Positions 11,046 to 22,541 of a DNA stretch of 64,000 nt are shown in pieces. Below the pieces are notes generated by a model that was not told the origin of the DNA, made no database searches, and saw only the letters and a list, made by a program, of their open reading frames with translations. The DNA comes from an uncultured Planctomycetota bacterium (lineage in GTDB: Bacteria > Planctomycetota > Planctomycetia > Isosphaerales > Isosphaeraceae), in the NCBI GenBank assembly GCA_963845755.1, contig CAWJTV010000005.1, forward strand, positions 640,001 to 704,000, written 5' to 3'. Numbering within the stretch: position 1 is the stretch's first letter; the number at the start of each line of letters is the position of its first letter. The position numbers were made by a program, and so were the translations under genes.

Positions 11046-11843
11046 TCAGAGGATCCGTGAATCCGCCTCAGCCAAAGATTCACGGATCGTTTCGAGGCCC
11101 TGGCGAAGGGCCTTCTGATAGATCCAGAGATCGGCCAGGTACACGAGCATTCGGAATCCCTCCGAAGGCCCGCGGGCGAGTGTCTCCGCGTCTAATGCCC
11201 CAAGCACGGCGGTCTTTCCTTCACGGCGACACGCCTCGACCACGCGTCGCGTTGCGTCCTGGAAGTCGCGGTGGCCGAACTCGCCAGGAATCCCCAAGGA
11301 TGCCGTGAGGTCATACTGCCCGATCCAGAGTGCATCGATGCCCTGGACCGCGGCGATCGCTTCGACGTTCTCAACTCCCGAGACGTTCTCGATCTGCGCG
11401 AAGAGCATGACCTCGTCGTTCGCCCGGTTAAACTTGGCGGTGAGATCGCCTCCCCGATAGTCATCATGGGCGACGCCAAAGGCCACTCCGCGCCGGCCCG
11501 CGGGGGGGTACTTCGCGGAGTCGACAATCATCTGGGCCTGGGCCGCATCGGCGACCATCGGGACCACGATCCCCATCGCGCCGACGTCCAGCACGCGGGC
11601 GATGAAGTGATACTGGAGCGCCGGCACGCGCACCATCGGCACGAGGTCCGCGGCGCGCGACGTGGCCATCAGCACCCGGATGGTCTCCATGCTCCATCCG
11701 GTGTGCTCCATGTCGAAGACGGCGAACTCGGCCCCCGCCTCGGCCGCAATCCGCGCGATGCCGGTCGTGCTGAACTCCATCATCATCGTCCCGATGGACA
11801 CGCCGCCTTCGGCGAGTGCCCGCTTGACCCGGTTCGTCCTCAT
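11046..11843 (-). CDS. HpcH/HpaI-family class II aldolase (2-keto-3-deoxy-sugar acid aldolase-like)
   Basis: FDMEH, VRVP, LDVGAMGIVVP, KYPPAGRRG, AQIE, WIGQYDLTASLG. Confidence 0.9.
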   Translation of the reverse strand: MRTNRVKRALAEGGVSIGTMMMEFSTTGIARIAAEAGAEFAVFDMEHTGWSMETIRVLMATSRAADLVPMVRVPALQYHFIARVLDVGAMGIVVPMVADAAQAQMIVDSAKYPPAGRRGVAFGVAHDDYRGGDLTAKFNRANDEVMLFAQIENVSGVENVEAIAAVQGIDALWIGQYDLTASLGIPGEFGHRDFQDATRRVVEACRREGKTAVLGALDAETLARGPSEGFRMLVYLADLWIYQKALRQGLETIRESLAEADSRIL

Positions 11844-12016
11844 GCACTCTCCTTTCCATTTACCGTCAGGCCGGATCGCTCAATCGACGTCGCTCTCACG
11901 GGAAGGTGGAGGACGGATTGGTACGCCCCCTCGAGACGGCGATTCCAATGCCGGAACCCTCGCGGGTGATCATCGTGGCGGCGGAGGGGACATGAGCGCG
12001 GCTGCCGTCCGTCTGA

Positions 12017-13177
12017 TTACTTCTGGGATCGATTCGATTTCAGCTCCTCCATGCAGGCTTTCAGCGAGTCGACGATCGCGCGGGCCCCCGCGCCGGGATT
12101 TCGTCTTGGGCTTGGGCTCGTCGGGCGCTTGATCGTCGAGCAAGGCGCGACAGATGGCCTCGCTGCCGGACCACGTCGTGCAGAGGTGGCCGATCATCCG
12201 CTCGGTCCCTTTGGCGCCGCCTCCCGGAGCATCGCCAGCGCATTGTCCTTGTTCCACCAGGTCGCCGGCATCACCCGGAACCCCTTCTCCTGGAGGTAGC
12301 CGACCGAGGGATATCCGTCCTTCCGTGTTTCATAGTGCCAGTCGCACATGATAATATCCTTGGGAATCCGGTCGATCGCCGGACCGGTCCCGTTCTGACT
12401 GGCCTCCCACTTGCCGTACTGGAAGCCCAACTTCTTGTCATCCAGGAGCCGATCGGCCCACATCAGCATCGTGAGTTTTCGCTCACCCACGATATGCCCG
12501 TGCAGGTCGTTGACCGCCTTGGCGAAAAGCTCCCCGGGGTCTTTCCCCTTGCACCGAGAACAACCCTTGTCCGCAACCAGGAAGACCTCGTCCATGCCGA
12601 CGTGGAATGCATCGGCACTGAACGCATCGATCAACTCGTCGATCAAGGCGAAGACGACCTTGTTGACATCGGGGTGCAGCGGGCACCAGCTCCGGCAATA
12701 GATCCCCTGGTTGCTCTTGGGGACTTCGGGCGACTCGTCGAATTCGGGATGCTTGGTCAGCAAGGGACCGGTGTTCCTCTGCCACGACTGATGCCCCAGG
12801 CAATTGAACATGGGGATCAGGCGAACATGGTGCTGCCGGCAAGTCGCGGCCAGTTCATGCGCGTCTTCGAGGGTCAGGCTGCCGCCTCTGAGGTCCGGAT
12901 GAGAGGTGAACGGGAAGTTGTAATTGACCTCGAGAATCACGACGTTGACGCCCATGGGAGCGAGCTTTTCGGCGATCGCCTGCTTCAACAAGGGCACGCC
13001 AGCGTGTCCCGGGGCCATCAAGTGCAACCCCCGCCATTGGTGGCCGGATGGGGAAGAAGTCTTGCTCGGCTCGTCCTGGCTCGCCACGGGAATTACGCCG
13101 AGGCACAGGCTACAAACGACCGCCAAGAATCCCGGAATGACGCCGTGCCGGACTCGGGCCAAACTCGGAATCGACAT
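12017..13177 (-). CDS. Secreted glycoside hydrolase family 20-like (beta-N-acetylhexosaminidase-like) protein; two frameshifts near the C-terminus (~12215, ~12085)
   Basis: Signal peptide, WRGLHL, IPMFNCLGH, FHVGMDEV catalytic motif, MWADRLL, CDWHY; C-terminus reconstructed as ..MIGHLCTTW..AIVDSLKACMEELKSNRSQK*; SD AGGAG. Confidence 0.75.
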
Positions 13178-13392
13178 AACCGGCTCCTTTCTCATCTTGA
13201 ATCTGCGCGACGAATTGGGTTACCCATTACAATCGGACACGTCGCAGAACGCGCAGTGTACCGTCGCGACAGCCCCCGGGATAAGGGACTCGATCCTGTT
13301 GCGAGAGAAAAGTGGATCGCTCGTCGCGATGTCGGTTCTTGTCGATCGGGCGATCCGGCACGACGGCGGCCAGGCTTTCGGGGAAATCCACT

Positions 13393-14487
13393 ATGCCCGA
13401 CTCAGACTCGATCCGACTCACCCAGTTTGCCAAGCGGGCAGGTTGCGCGGCCAAGCAGCCCCCGGACTACTTGCTTTCGCTACTGGCCGGCTTACCTCCG
13501 ATCACCGACCCGAACGTGCTGGTTGGCCACTCCACGGCCGACGATGCCGCGGTCTACCAGATCAGCGACGACCTGGCCCTGATCCTGACCACGGACTTCT
13601 TCACGCCGATCGTCGATCGGCCCTATGACTTCGGTGCCGTGGCGGCGGCCAACGCGCTGAGCGATGTCTACGCGATGGCCGGAACTCCACTCTCTGCGCT
13701 CAGCATCGTCGGCTTCCCGAGCAGGGCGCTTCCACCCGACGTCCTCATCGAGATCCTCCGAGGCGCGATCGACAAGGCGCACGAGGCGGGCATCGCCATC
13801 GTGGGCGGTCATACGATCCAGGCGGATGAGCCGATCTTCGGACTCGCGGTGGTCGGCCGGGTGAATCCGCGCGAGGTGATCACCAACGCCGGCGCTCAGC
13901 CCGGCGATTTCCTCGTTTTGAGCAAACCGCTGGGGCTGGGGATCATCACGACGGCCGCGAAGCGAGACGAGGATTCGCGTGGCGCGGTAGGCGAGGCGCT
14001 CGCCGTGATGACCACACTGAACCGGGACGCCGCTCTCGTGATGGCCCGGGCCGGCGCGCACGCGCTCACCGATGTCACCGGATTCGGTCTCCTCGGACAT
14101 CTCCGCAACCTGGCCGCGGCCAGTAACGCCCGTGCCACGATCTGGAACGATCTTGTGCCTGTCCTGCCGGCGGCCTGCGAGTACGTTCAGAATGGGATCG
14201 CACCCGGAGGCACTCATGCCAACCGCCGGTTCCTCGCCCAGTGGGTCGAGTATGAACCCGCGATCGCGGAATGGGAGCAGCTCGTGCTCTGCGACGCCCA
14301 GACCTCGGGCGGCCTGCTGGCGGCGATACCCGGACGGCGCGCCTCCGAGGTTGTCCGTGAGCTGCGCGCACTGGGCCTGTCCTGGGCGGCGGTGGTCGGC
14401 TCCATCGATCCCGGATCACCTGGACACATCCGCGTCCATCGTGCTCCCGAATCCGAACACGGCGACGTCGCGCAACCCACGTCATAG
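13393..14487 (+). CDS. selD: Selenide, water dikinase (selenophosphate synthetase), Cys form
   Basis: RLTQFAKRAGCAAK, DDAAVY, TTDFFTPIVD, AANALSDVYAM, GGHT, TDVTGFGLLGH, DAQTSGGLL. Confidence 0.96.
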   Translation: MPDSDSIRLTQFAKRAGCAAKQPPDYLLSLLAGLPPITDPNVLVGHSTADDAAVYQISDDLALILTTDFFTPIVDRPYDFGAVAAANALSDVYAMAGTPLSALSIVGFPSRALPPDVLIEILRGAIDKAHEAGIAIVGGHTIQADEPIFGLAVVGRVNPREVITNAGAQPGDFLVLSKPLGLGIITTAAKRDEDSRGAVGEALAVMTTLNRDAALVMARAGAHALTDVTGFGLLGHLRNLAAASNARATIWNDLVPVLPAACEYVQNGIAPGGTHANRRFLAQWVEYEPAIAEWEQLVLCDAQTSGGLLAAIPGRRASEVVRELRALGLSWAAVVGSIDPGSPGHIRVHRAPESEHGDVAQPTS

Positions 14488-14623
14488 TCGATCGTAACGG
14501 ACGGGCCAGGAATCTCTTCGATCGACGGGCGAGGATCGGGGAAATCGAAGTCTCGGGTGATCATGTCCAAGGACGGATTGGCATACTCCTTTCCGATCAT
14601 CCCGCGAGTAATCAACCCTGGCA

Positions 14624-14670
14624 GCCAGAGCATTGCGTTAGTTGGACGCGTCAAACGCAATGACCCTGGC
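14624..14670. terminator. Stem-loop between the convergent selD and sulfatase genes (candidate terminator)
   Basis: GCCAG..CATTGCGTT / AACGCAATG..CTGGC inverted repeat; no strong U-tract. Confidence 0.4.
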
Positions 14671-14698
14671 ATCGAGGGGTCCGTCCGAGGAACGAACG

Positions 14699-16175
14699 TC
14701 AGTGCTCGGATGACGCGGCCTTCTGGTCTGCGGGTGAAGCCTTTTCGGCGGGCCTGGCTGCGTCGCGGGCCCGGTCGGTTCCCCAGATCGGCTTTGCGAG
14801 CTGGGTATCCCAGGACTTCCAGTCACTCAACAATTCCTTGACCTTGTCGGGATGCTCGGCCGCAAGGTCCTGGCTCTCGCCGTCGTCCTTCGCCAGGTTG
14901 TAGAGGCGAGGAGGAGTTACTTTCACGTCCGAGGCCACCGAGCGAACGTCGGAGTGATCGGCCGCCTCATCGTACTGGACGAGCTTCCAATCACCCCGGC
15001 GAATCGCCCACTGTTCGCCGAGCCTCCAGTAGAGTCGCTCATGGGGAGCGCCCGCGGTCTCACCATACAGATGGGGCAAGAGATTGACTCCGTCGAGCCG
15101 CCATTCGGGTTGGGCGGTGATGCCCGCAGCCGCCAGTGCGGTCGGCAGGACATCGAGCTGGATTACTGGCTGATCGAATACGGCCCCGGCCGGCAACTTC
15201 CCCTTCCATTGCACGACGAACGGGACGTGAATCCCGCCTTCCAGCGTGGTCCGCTTCGAGCCGCGCAGCGGGTTGTTTCGCGACGCATTGATGGTCGTGC
15301 CCAGCATCGTCGGTCCGCCGTTGTCGCTGAAGAAGACGATGAGCGTGTTCTCCTCCAGTTGTGCCGTTCGGAGGGTATCGAGGACCTTGCCCACACCCTC
15401 GTCCATCGCCGCGAGCATCGCGGCGTAGGTACGCCGCTTCTTATCGGCGATCGTGGCGAATCGTTTGAGCCGTTCATCGGTCGCGTGCATGGGCGTGTGG
15501 ACTGCATTGAAAGCCAGGTAGAGGAAGAAAGGCTGCCCCTTGTGGCGTTTGACGAATGCGACCGCTTCCCGTGCGAAGGCATCCGTCAGGTACTCCTTCT
15601 CTTCAACAACTCGGGTTCCGCGGTAGATCGGCGACACCCTGACCGGGGAAGTAGGGATGTCCACCGGCCAGGAACCCGAAGAACTCGTCAAACCCGCGCT
15701 TCTGAGGCTGGAACCGGGCAGCCTCTCCCAGATGCCATTTGCCGACCAGCCCGGTGACGTAACCCTCGGCCTTGAGCCGATCGGCCAGGGTTGTCTCGGT
15801 CAGAGGAAGTCCGAAGTTGTCCGCTTTCGCCCCCGCGGGGCCCGGGTTGAACTCGTGTCCAAACCGCTGTTGATACCGGCCCGTCAGCAGCCCGGCTCGC
15901 GTCGGGCTGCAATAAGGGCAGGAGACATAACCATTCGAGCAGCGAATTCCCTGTTTCGCCAACGAATCGATATGAGGCGTGGGGATGTCGCGACATCCCT
16001 GGAACCCGAGATCCGCATGACCGAGATCGTCGGCCAGGATGATGACAATGTTCGGCTTCGCGGGATCGGCCGCGATCCCCATGGTGGGGAGCGCAGCGAT
16101 TCCAAGGACCCAGCCGGCGATCATCTGCCAGGAACGCGTTCGCTTCGAGTTCGCTTTCATCAGGATTTGCTCCAT
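14699..16175 (-). CDS. Secreted type I (formylglycine-dependent) sulfatase; frameshift ~15635
   Basis: Signal peptide, PNIVIILADDLG, CSPTRAGLLTGRY (CxPxR), GKWHLG, PFFLYLAFNAVHTP, FFSDNGG, LEGGIHVPF, LYNLAKD. Confidence 0.93.
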
Positions 16176-16191
16176 AGGTTCTTGGGATGGC

Positions 16192-17316
16192 TCAATAGCC
16201 GTCCGAGGAGATGACCTCGCCGTTGGCGCGAGTGCCCAGGGCCCACCAGGTCGGCTGGTTGATCGAGTTCTTGACGAACCGGACGCTGCCGTCGGCCATC
16301 AGCACGTTCACACCGCCCGCGTGGTTACTATTAGCCGTGCAGAACTCCGAATCGCCGATGGCGGAACTGGAGCAGTACCCCCACGGGTAATTCTGCGCGT
16401 TGGGCGTCAAGACGGTGTTGAACATTGTCTGCGCCTCCGTGCCATGGAACCAGAAGTTGCCCCGGCCCGTGTTGAGCGTTCCTGAGCGAGTGTTCCACGC
16501 CGTGTTGCAGGCCTGAGCCCCTGCCAGGACCGCGGTCCAGTTTGCGGAGGCGTCGATGACCTGGGCGGCGGCCGGAAACGATGCGAGCTGGACGATCCCT
16601 GCCGCTCGGGTCCAGTAGGTCGTGCCGTCGCCAACCAGGGCTTCGGAGAATGCGATCGTATTGGAAGTCCCGTCGATGCAGCTCGGGATGCCGTAGGACT
16701 GCCAGAAAGTGAACAGCCCGGTGCTTCCGATGGTCGTCTGGGCCGGGGCCGTGATCGTGGTCGTGCCGATGCTGTTGACGTAACTGTTCAGGTTCGCGAT
16801 GCCAGCATTGGGATCGGAGGGACAGATGAACTCGTTGACTTTCGTCGTGTACACGGTGCTCTGGATGGGACCGCACGTCGCGTTCACGTTCATCCCCCAG
16901 TTGAAATTGATCGCGTTGTAAAGCGGGATTTCCCCGAGGTAGCCGAGGATCTGGGCATGGGCGCTGGCCCCATGCTCCGCCGCGTACACGCCCAGGTTCA
17001 TCATGTTCTTCGACGAACCCATCGGGAAGACGTTGTTGACGGTGTGATAGTTGTGGAGTGCCAACCCGATCTGTTTGAGGTTGTTGGTGCATTGGATCCG
17101 CCGCGCCGCCTCCCGTGCCGCCTGAACGGCAGGCAGAAGCAATGCGATGAGGACCGCGATAATGGCGATGACCACCAATAGCTCGATCAGCGTGAACCCG
17201 GCCCTCACGCGTCGGCCATGGGCGATCGTTGTCCTCCCTCCTTCTCGGTCTTCGGCGTGGGGGCGAGAGATCGTGCGAGCCAGGGACCCAGGGTCCTGAC
17301 GATGCGACGTCGACAT
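16192..17316 (-). CDS. DUF1559 planctomycete prepilin-type N-terminal cleavage/methylation protein with H-X9-DG C-terminal motif
   Basis: [51 protein letters not shown]...[16 protein letters not shown]; ends 16 nt upstream of the sulfatase start. Confidence 0.95.
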   Translation of the reverse strand: MSTSHRQDPGSLARTISRPHAEDREGGRTTIAHGRRVRAGFTLIELLVVIAIIAVLIALLLPAVQAAREAARRIQCTNNLKQIGLALHNYHTVNNVFPMGSSKNMMNLGVYAAEHGASAHAQILGYLGEIPLYNAINFNWGMNVNATCGPIQSTVYTTKVNEFICPSDPNAGIANLNSYVNSIGTTTITAPAQTTIGSTGLFTFWQSYGIPSCIDGTSNTIAFSEALVGDGTTYWTRAAGIVQLASFPAAAQVIDASANWTAVLAGAQACNTAWNTRSGTLNTGRGNFWFHGTEAQTMFNTVLTPNAQNYPWGYCSSSAIGDSEFCTANSNHAGGVNVLMADGSVRFVKNSINQPTWWALGTRANGEVISSDGY

Positions 17317-17778
17317 GCTAGACTTCCTCAGTCTGCGCGTGCCTCTGGTCGGTCCAGTCAGCGTTCCGCGGGGATGGGACTGGCACCTCTCGATGTCGAG
17401 TCGGCGATATGTAGAACCGGAGTGTTGGCAGTGTCGCGGCTGTGCCTGGGGATCGCAGAATGCTGCTGGAGCACTCGTCGATTTTGAAACACAGGTAGGC
17501 TCACTTACCGGTTCTCGGTTTCGTCCTGCTTTGCAGATACCATGCCGAACGCAAAAACATGCCGAGTCGTGACAGATTCACATTCCATCAGGGACGAAAC
17601 GAGCCTTCGGTCCCGAGAAACCGTGGTATTTGTCGGGATACCTGTGATATTTGCTCGACTACCAGGACATTTGACAGGAATTGCGATGGGTTTCATCGTA
17701 TCCCTTCCCTGGTGAGCACGATCACCGTTCCGACCCAATTGTTGATCGGCCTGACCGGCGGCTTGCCGGCCTGGGGCC

Positions 17779-19685
17779 TCAGATCGGCTCCACGCGCCGA
17801 CGGATGGTTGCCAGGACCTTGACCAGCTCTTCGAGGTTGACGGGCTTGACGAAGTGAAAGTCGAATCCGGCCTGGATCGCCCGGGATCGGACCTCATCAC
17901 CGCCGTATCCCGTCAGGGCGATCAGCTTCAAACGATCGAATGTGCAGCCTTCTCTCAACTTCCTGGCGACCTGGTAGCCGTCCATTCCTGGAAGGCCAAT
18001 GTCGAGTAAGACGACGTCTGGCGCCCATGTCGAGACGAGCTGGATCGCGCTGAGTCCATCGTTCGCCGTGGCGATTTCGTGACCCTGAAGTTCGAGGATG
18101 ACGCCCAACGTCAGCGCGCTATCCGAACTATCGTCCACGACGAGGATGCGGAGAGCGCCGAACGATTCGGCCCTGACGGCATTCCCCGATTCGCGGGGCA
18201 TTACGGTCGTACCCGAGAGGATGGGAAGGCGTACGGTGAACTCGCTTCCGCAGCCGGGTCCTTCGCTCTCGATCGAGATCGTGCCCCCATGCAGCTCGAC
18301 CAGGCTACGGACCAGCGTCAGACCGATCCCCAACCCGCCCTGCGCCGATCGAGCGACTGATCGGCTTGAACGAAGAGGTCAAAAATGTGCGCCTGCATCT
18401 CCCGCGAGATCCCGATCCCGGTGTCGCGCACCTTGAGCACGGCTCGATCAGCCTCACGGGCCAGGCTGACGCTGATCCGACCCTGAGCTTCCGTGTACTT
18501 CGCCGCGTTGTTGAGAAGGTTGGCAATGACCTGTTCGAGGCGAGTCGGATCACCCTCGACGGGGATCGGCTCGGAGGGGATCGATACGGTCAACAGATGC
18601 TGGTTGGCCTCGATCATCGGCCGGGACGTCTCCACGGCGTGTGCGACGATCGATTCGAACCCTACCACCTGCTTGCGAAGCTCGACCTTACCCCGGGTGA
18701 TCCGCGAGACGTCCAGCAGGTCCTCGAGGAGCCGGGCCATATGTTGGATCTGCCGGCGAGCGATCTTGAGCGCATCGGTGATCTCGGCGGGCTCCGCCTG
18801 CGGCAATGCGAGGATTTCGAGGGCATTCGAGAGCGGTGCCAGTGGACTGCGCAGCTCGTGCGCCAGCATCGCGAGGAACTCGTCCTTGCGCCGGTCGGCT
18901 TCCTGAAGTCGCTTCGCCTGGCGAATGAGCTGGACTTCCAGCCGTTTCTGATTCGTGATGTCCGATACCAGGCAGAGTGCACCTTTGATGACATGGTGAG
19001 AGTCGTGGATCGGGTTGACGCTAACACGCAGCCAGTTCTCGCCCAGCGAGACCTCGCGGGTTTCACGCGAGCCGGAGTCGAGCATCATGGCAAACAGCGT
19101 TCGCTGGGCGTCGCTCGGCGCGCCGAGCAGGGCCGGCAGGTCCTTGCCCAGCAGATCGGTCCACGGCTGTCCAACCATCCGCTCGAGGATCCGATTGACC
19201 TGTACGATCTTACCCTGGCTATCGAGGAGCATGACACCGTCGCTGATCGCGTCGAAGGTCGTTTGCCATTGCCGGGACGTGAGGTGTGCGGCATCCTCGG
19301 CGCGCCGGGCACGGAGCAGTGCGCGAACCGTGGCGACCAGCTCCAGGGGCTCGGCTACGCTGGTCAGGTATCCATCGGCGCCGCTCTCCAGACCCTGGAT
19401 CTTGTCCTCGATGTCGACGAACGTGCTCGAGACGTGCAGGACCGGGATCGCACGGGTGGCGGGGTCGGACTTAATCCGACGACAGACCTCGAAGCCGTCC
19501 AGGTCGGGAAGCCGGACATCGAGTATCACCAGATCCGGCCTCAGCGCCGCGAGTTGCAGGGCCTCGCTTCCGGTGGCCGCCTCCTTCACAGAGAAGCCCG
19601 CTCGGAGAAGGATCTTCGCCACGGAGTAGCGCTTGGCTTCATCATCGTCGACGAGCAGGATTAAGACCTCAGGTCGATCGATCAT
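17779..19685 (-). CDS. Hybrid histidine kinase REC-PAS-HisKA-HATPase-REC; frameshift ~18345
   Basis: [17 protein letters not shown] (REC), FDAISDGV (PAS), [33 protein letters not shown], then [21 protein letters not shown]. Confidence 0.92.
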
Positions 19686-19686
19686 C

Positions 19687-21507
19687 TCAGGGGACTCCGG
19701 CGGCCGGCAAGGATGGATCCAGACCCGCCTTGCACAGCGAGTCCCTCAATTGGGCCACGGCTTCCTCACGCGTCCCCATGGCCTTGTCGAGGACGGAGAC
19801 CGCCTGCTCGTGCAGGCGCCGGCTCGCCGTTGGGTCGAGTTTCATCGAGGAGTTAACGATGACGGGTATGTCTCGGGTCGCATCGTCCGCCTTGAGCCGA
19901 TCCAGGATCTGAAAACCGCTTGCGTCGGGTAGTCGCAGGTCGAGGACGATCAGATGAGGTCGATCATCGTGGGCCCGCCGCAGCGCTTCGTCCCCGTTGA
20001 CAGCCTCGAGGATCTCGAAGCGGCCACATGCCGCGAGCAACCCCTTCATAAGATAGCGATCCTCCTCATGATCGTCCACGATCAACGCGCGATGGGGAGA
20101 GGTCTGACGAGACGACGGGCCTTGGCCCGACGCGACGGGCGATTGAGGGTCGAATTCCCCGGCTGGGCGATAAACCCGCGGTATGGTGAGCGAGAACGTC
20201 GAGCCGATCCCGACCTGGCTCCGGGCCGAGACGCTGCCACCCAGCAACTCGCCCAACTTCCGGGCCAGTGAGAGCCCAAGGCCGGTCCCCTTGAGTCGCT
20301 CCTGGAGCGGATTTTCGATCTGGTTGAACTCCTCGAAAACCCGAGGCAGGTCCTCGGCCGCGATCCCGATCCCGGTGTCCTCGACCGAGAAGACCACGGT
20401 GTCTCCCGGCCCCGGGCTCGCGGCGATTCGTATCTCGCCTCGAGGCGTGAATTTCACGGCGTTCGACAAGAAATTCCGCAGGACCTGGGTCAGCTTCGCC
20501 TCGTCCGTCTGCAAGGTCGGAAGTCGGGCGGGATCCTCGAAGGTCAGACGGATCGCCGATGGGTCGATGATCGGTAGGATCGTTCCTTGAAGGTTGTCGA
20601 AGACCTCCGCCACTTGAAAGGTCGTCAGCCGGATTGTCGCCTTGCCGGCCTCGACCTTCGCCAGGTCCAGCAGGTCGTCGACCAGCGCGGATAGGCCCAC
20701 GGCTGCCTTGCGGATTAATCGCACCTGCTTCTCTTGCTCGGCCGACAGATCGCCGTCCATGCGCGCGAGCAGGAATCCGCTCAGACTCCGGATCGAGTTG
20801 AGCGGCGATCGGAACTCGTGACTCATCTCGGAGAGGAACCGCGACTTGAGGTCCGACAGCCGTTTCAGGGTCTTGGTCGTCTCGTCCAGCTCGGCATAGA
20901 GTGCGACGACCCCGCGATTGGTCTCGTCGAGCTCGCGGCTGTGCATCTGGGTCACCTCGGCCTGCCGCTCGCGCAATTCCTGGAGCGCATTGAGCAACTC
21001 TTGATTCTGCTGCTGGAGTTCTTGCAGGAATCCCTGGGGAGTATTCTTAGCCAACTCGGAGGAAATCCTGGCGAATTCCCGAGGTCCTGGGGATCCGAAT
21101 CGCCGGGGTAGATCCTTGGTCATGGACACCGTCGCGCCCACACCTTTCTCCGACTCGATCGTGAACGCGTCCATCAACCGCTTGGCGCCGGTGATCCCCG
21201 GATCCACCCCCATCGGGAAAAATGCTCGCCCGTCGAGGATCGCATGGAAGTCGCTGACGCCGCTCCCGCGCTCGCGAATGCGGATCTGGAGCGACGGGTT
21301 GGATCCGGTCTCGACCAGGAATTCCACGCGCCCGCCGCCGGCGTACAGCATGGCGTTGCGTGCGATCTCCGAGGTGGCCGTTGCGATTCGAGTCTGGTCG
21401 AGGTGGGCGAATCCCAAGAGGTGCGCGATCTGTCGGGCACGCTGCCGGGCGAGGACAACGTCGAGTTCTCGCTGAACCTCGATTTTCAGCAGCGTCATGT
21501 GACTCAC
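19687..21507 (-). CDS. Hybrid histidine kinase with N-terminal RsbT-like domain (RsbT-like, coiled coil, HisKA, HATPase, REC)
   Basis: VVLARQRAR..DQTRIATATSEIARNA..GGG, ELDETNRGVVALYAEL, FLSEMSHEFRSPL, NFLSNAVKFT, DTGIG, GTGLGL, LIVDD..LIVLDLRLP. Confidence 0.9.
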   Translation of the reverse strand: MSHMTLLKIEVQRELDVVLARQRARQIAHLLGFAHLDQTRIATATSEIARNAMLYAGGGRVEFLVETGSNPSLQIRIRERGSGVSDFHAILDGRAFFPMGVDPGITGAKRLMDAFTIESEKGVGATVSMTKDLPRRFGSPGPREFARISSELAKNTPQGFLQELQQQNQELLNALQELRERQAEVTQMHSRELDETNRGVVALYAELDETTKTLKRLSDLKSRFLSEMSHEFRSPLNSIRSLSGFLLARMDGDLSAEQEKQVRLIRKAAVGLSALVDDLLDLAKVEAGKATIRLTTFQVAEVFDNLQGTILPIIDPSAIRLTFEDPARLPTLQTDEAKLTQVLRNFLSNAVKFTPRGEIRIAASPGPGDTVVFSVEDTGIGIAAEDLPRVFEEFNQIENPLQERLKGTGLGLSLARKLGELLGGSVSARSQVGIGSTFSLTIPRVYRPAGEFDPQSPVASGQGPSSRQTSPHRALIVDDHEEDRYLMKGLLAACGRFEILEAVNGDEALRRAHDDRPHLIVLDLRLPDASGFQILDRLKADDATRDIPVIVNSSMKLDPTASRRLHEQAVSVLDKAMGTREEAVAQLRDSLCKAGLDPSLPAAGVP

Positions 21508-22541
21508 GGGGGAGCCTCTCCTTCCCTGGCGACGACGACGGTGATATCGTCACGGCCGCGTCTGTGATCCCGGTAGAGGATGCCTGCGATGAGGCCCGGG
21601 TGCCTCAGGGATAGCCCTGGGTAACGCGCCAGGTCCCAACGGGTCGTCAACCCGTCCGAATGCAGGATCATGAGGGAATCCTGGGTCCAGGGGTAGTCGA
21701 AGGCCTGGATCTTGTGGATGACGTGCCCCACGGTGCCATTCTGCGAGATCATGGTAGTGGTCCGGCCCGTTCGGCCGTCGAGGATGACGGCCGAGATATT
21801 CCCCACCCCCGCGAAGCGGACCCGGCCGAGAGCGGGGTCGATCCGCACGATGGACATGGCCGCTCCGCGGGTGCCGGCCAAGTGCCGATGGGCCGCCTCG
21901 ATCAACTCGATGGGCTCCTCGGCCGGGTATTCGCGGATGGAACGGACCGCGGCCGCCGCGGCTTGCGCCGCGAAGGGTCCATGCCCCAACCCATCAACGA
22001 CCATGAGGAACGTCCGTCCTGCCTTGCGAATCAGGGTCCAGTCGTCGCCGCACTCGACTTCGCCAGGCGCCGGAAGACTCACGGCTCCCAGATCGAACCG
22101 ACAATCACTTCTGACCTTGGAGCGAGGATTCGCATCGAGGCGAGCCCAGATGGCGGTACCTTGACCGCGGTGAGAGTCGATCTCGTAGGCGTCGGCAAGC
22201 CGCGCAATCGCGCCGAGCCCGTTCCCCAGGGACCCTGCTGTCGAGTAGCCGTCGGCGAGGCAGCGGCCGATGTCGGTCATCCCTGGCCCGCGGTCCAGGG
22301 CCAGGACTTCTACCCAGGGGTCTCCCTCATCCCAGCCTCGCCCCTGCACGATCAGCTCGCCACCACCCGTGTGCTTGACCAGGTTGCTCGCCGCCTCCGA
22401 CACGACGAGTGCAACCGTGCCCTGCCGGGTCTCATCGAAGCCGAGCCGAGCGGCCAGATCCGACGCGCTCCGTCGTGCTTCGCCGACACTCGTGAGAGCA
22501 TCGATGGTCATGGCCAGGTAACGGCCCTGAATACCAATCAT
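21504..22541 (-). CDS. Anti-sigma-type HATPase fused to SpoIIE/PP2C phosphatase (RsbX-like feedback phosphatase)
   Basis: VVSEAASNLVKH, DRGPG, GNGLGAI, then ECGD, VVDGLGHG, AGVGN, HSDGL, RGRDDITV. Confidence 0.88.
   Translation of the reverse strand: MIGIQGRYLAMTIDALTSVGEARRSASDLAARLGFDETRQGTVALVVSEAASNLVKHTGGGELIVQGRGWDEGDPWVEVLALDRGPGMTDIGRCLADGYSTAGSLGNGLGAIARLADAYEIDSHRGQGTAIWARLDANPRSKVRSDCRFDLGAVSLPAPGEVECGDDWTLIRKAGRTFLMVVDGLGHGPFAAQAAAAAVRSIREYPAEEPIELIEAAHRHLAGTRGAAMSIVRIDPALGRVRFAGVGNISAVILDGRTGRTTTMISQNGTVGHVIHKIQAFDYPWTQDSLMILHSDGLTTRWDLARYPGLSLRHPGLIAGILYRDHRRGRDDITVVVAREGEAPP

Noticed and set aside
13441..13455. Selenocysteine in SelD
   Set aside because: The codon is TGC (Cys), not TGA
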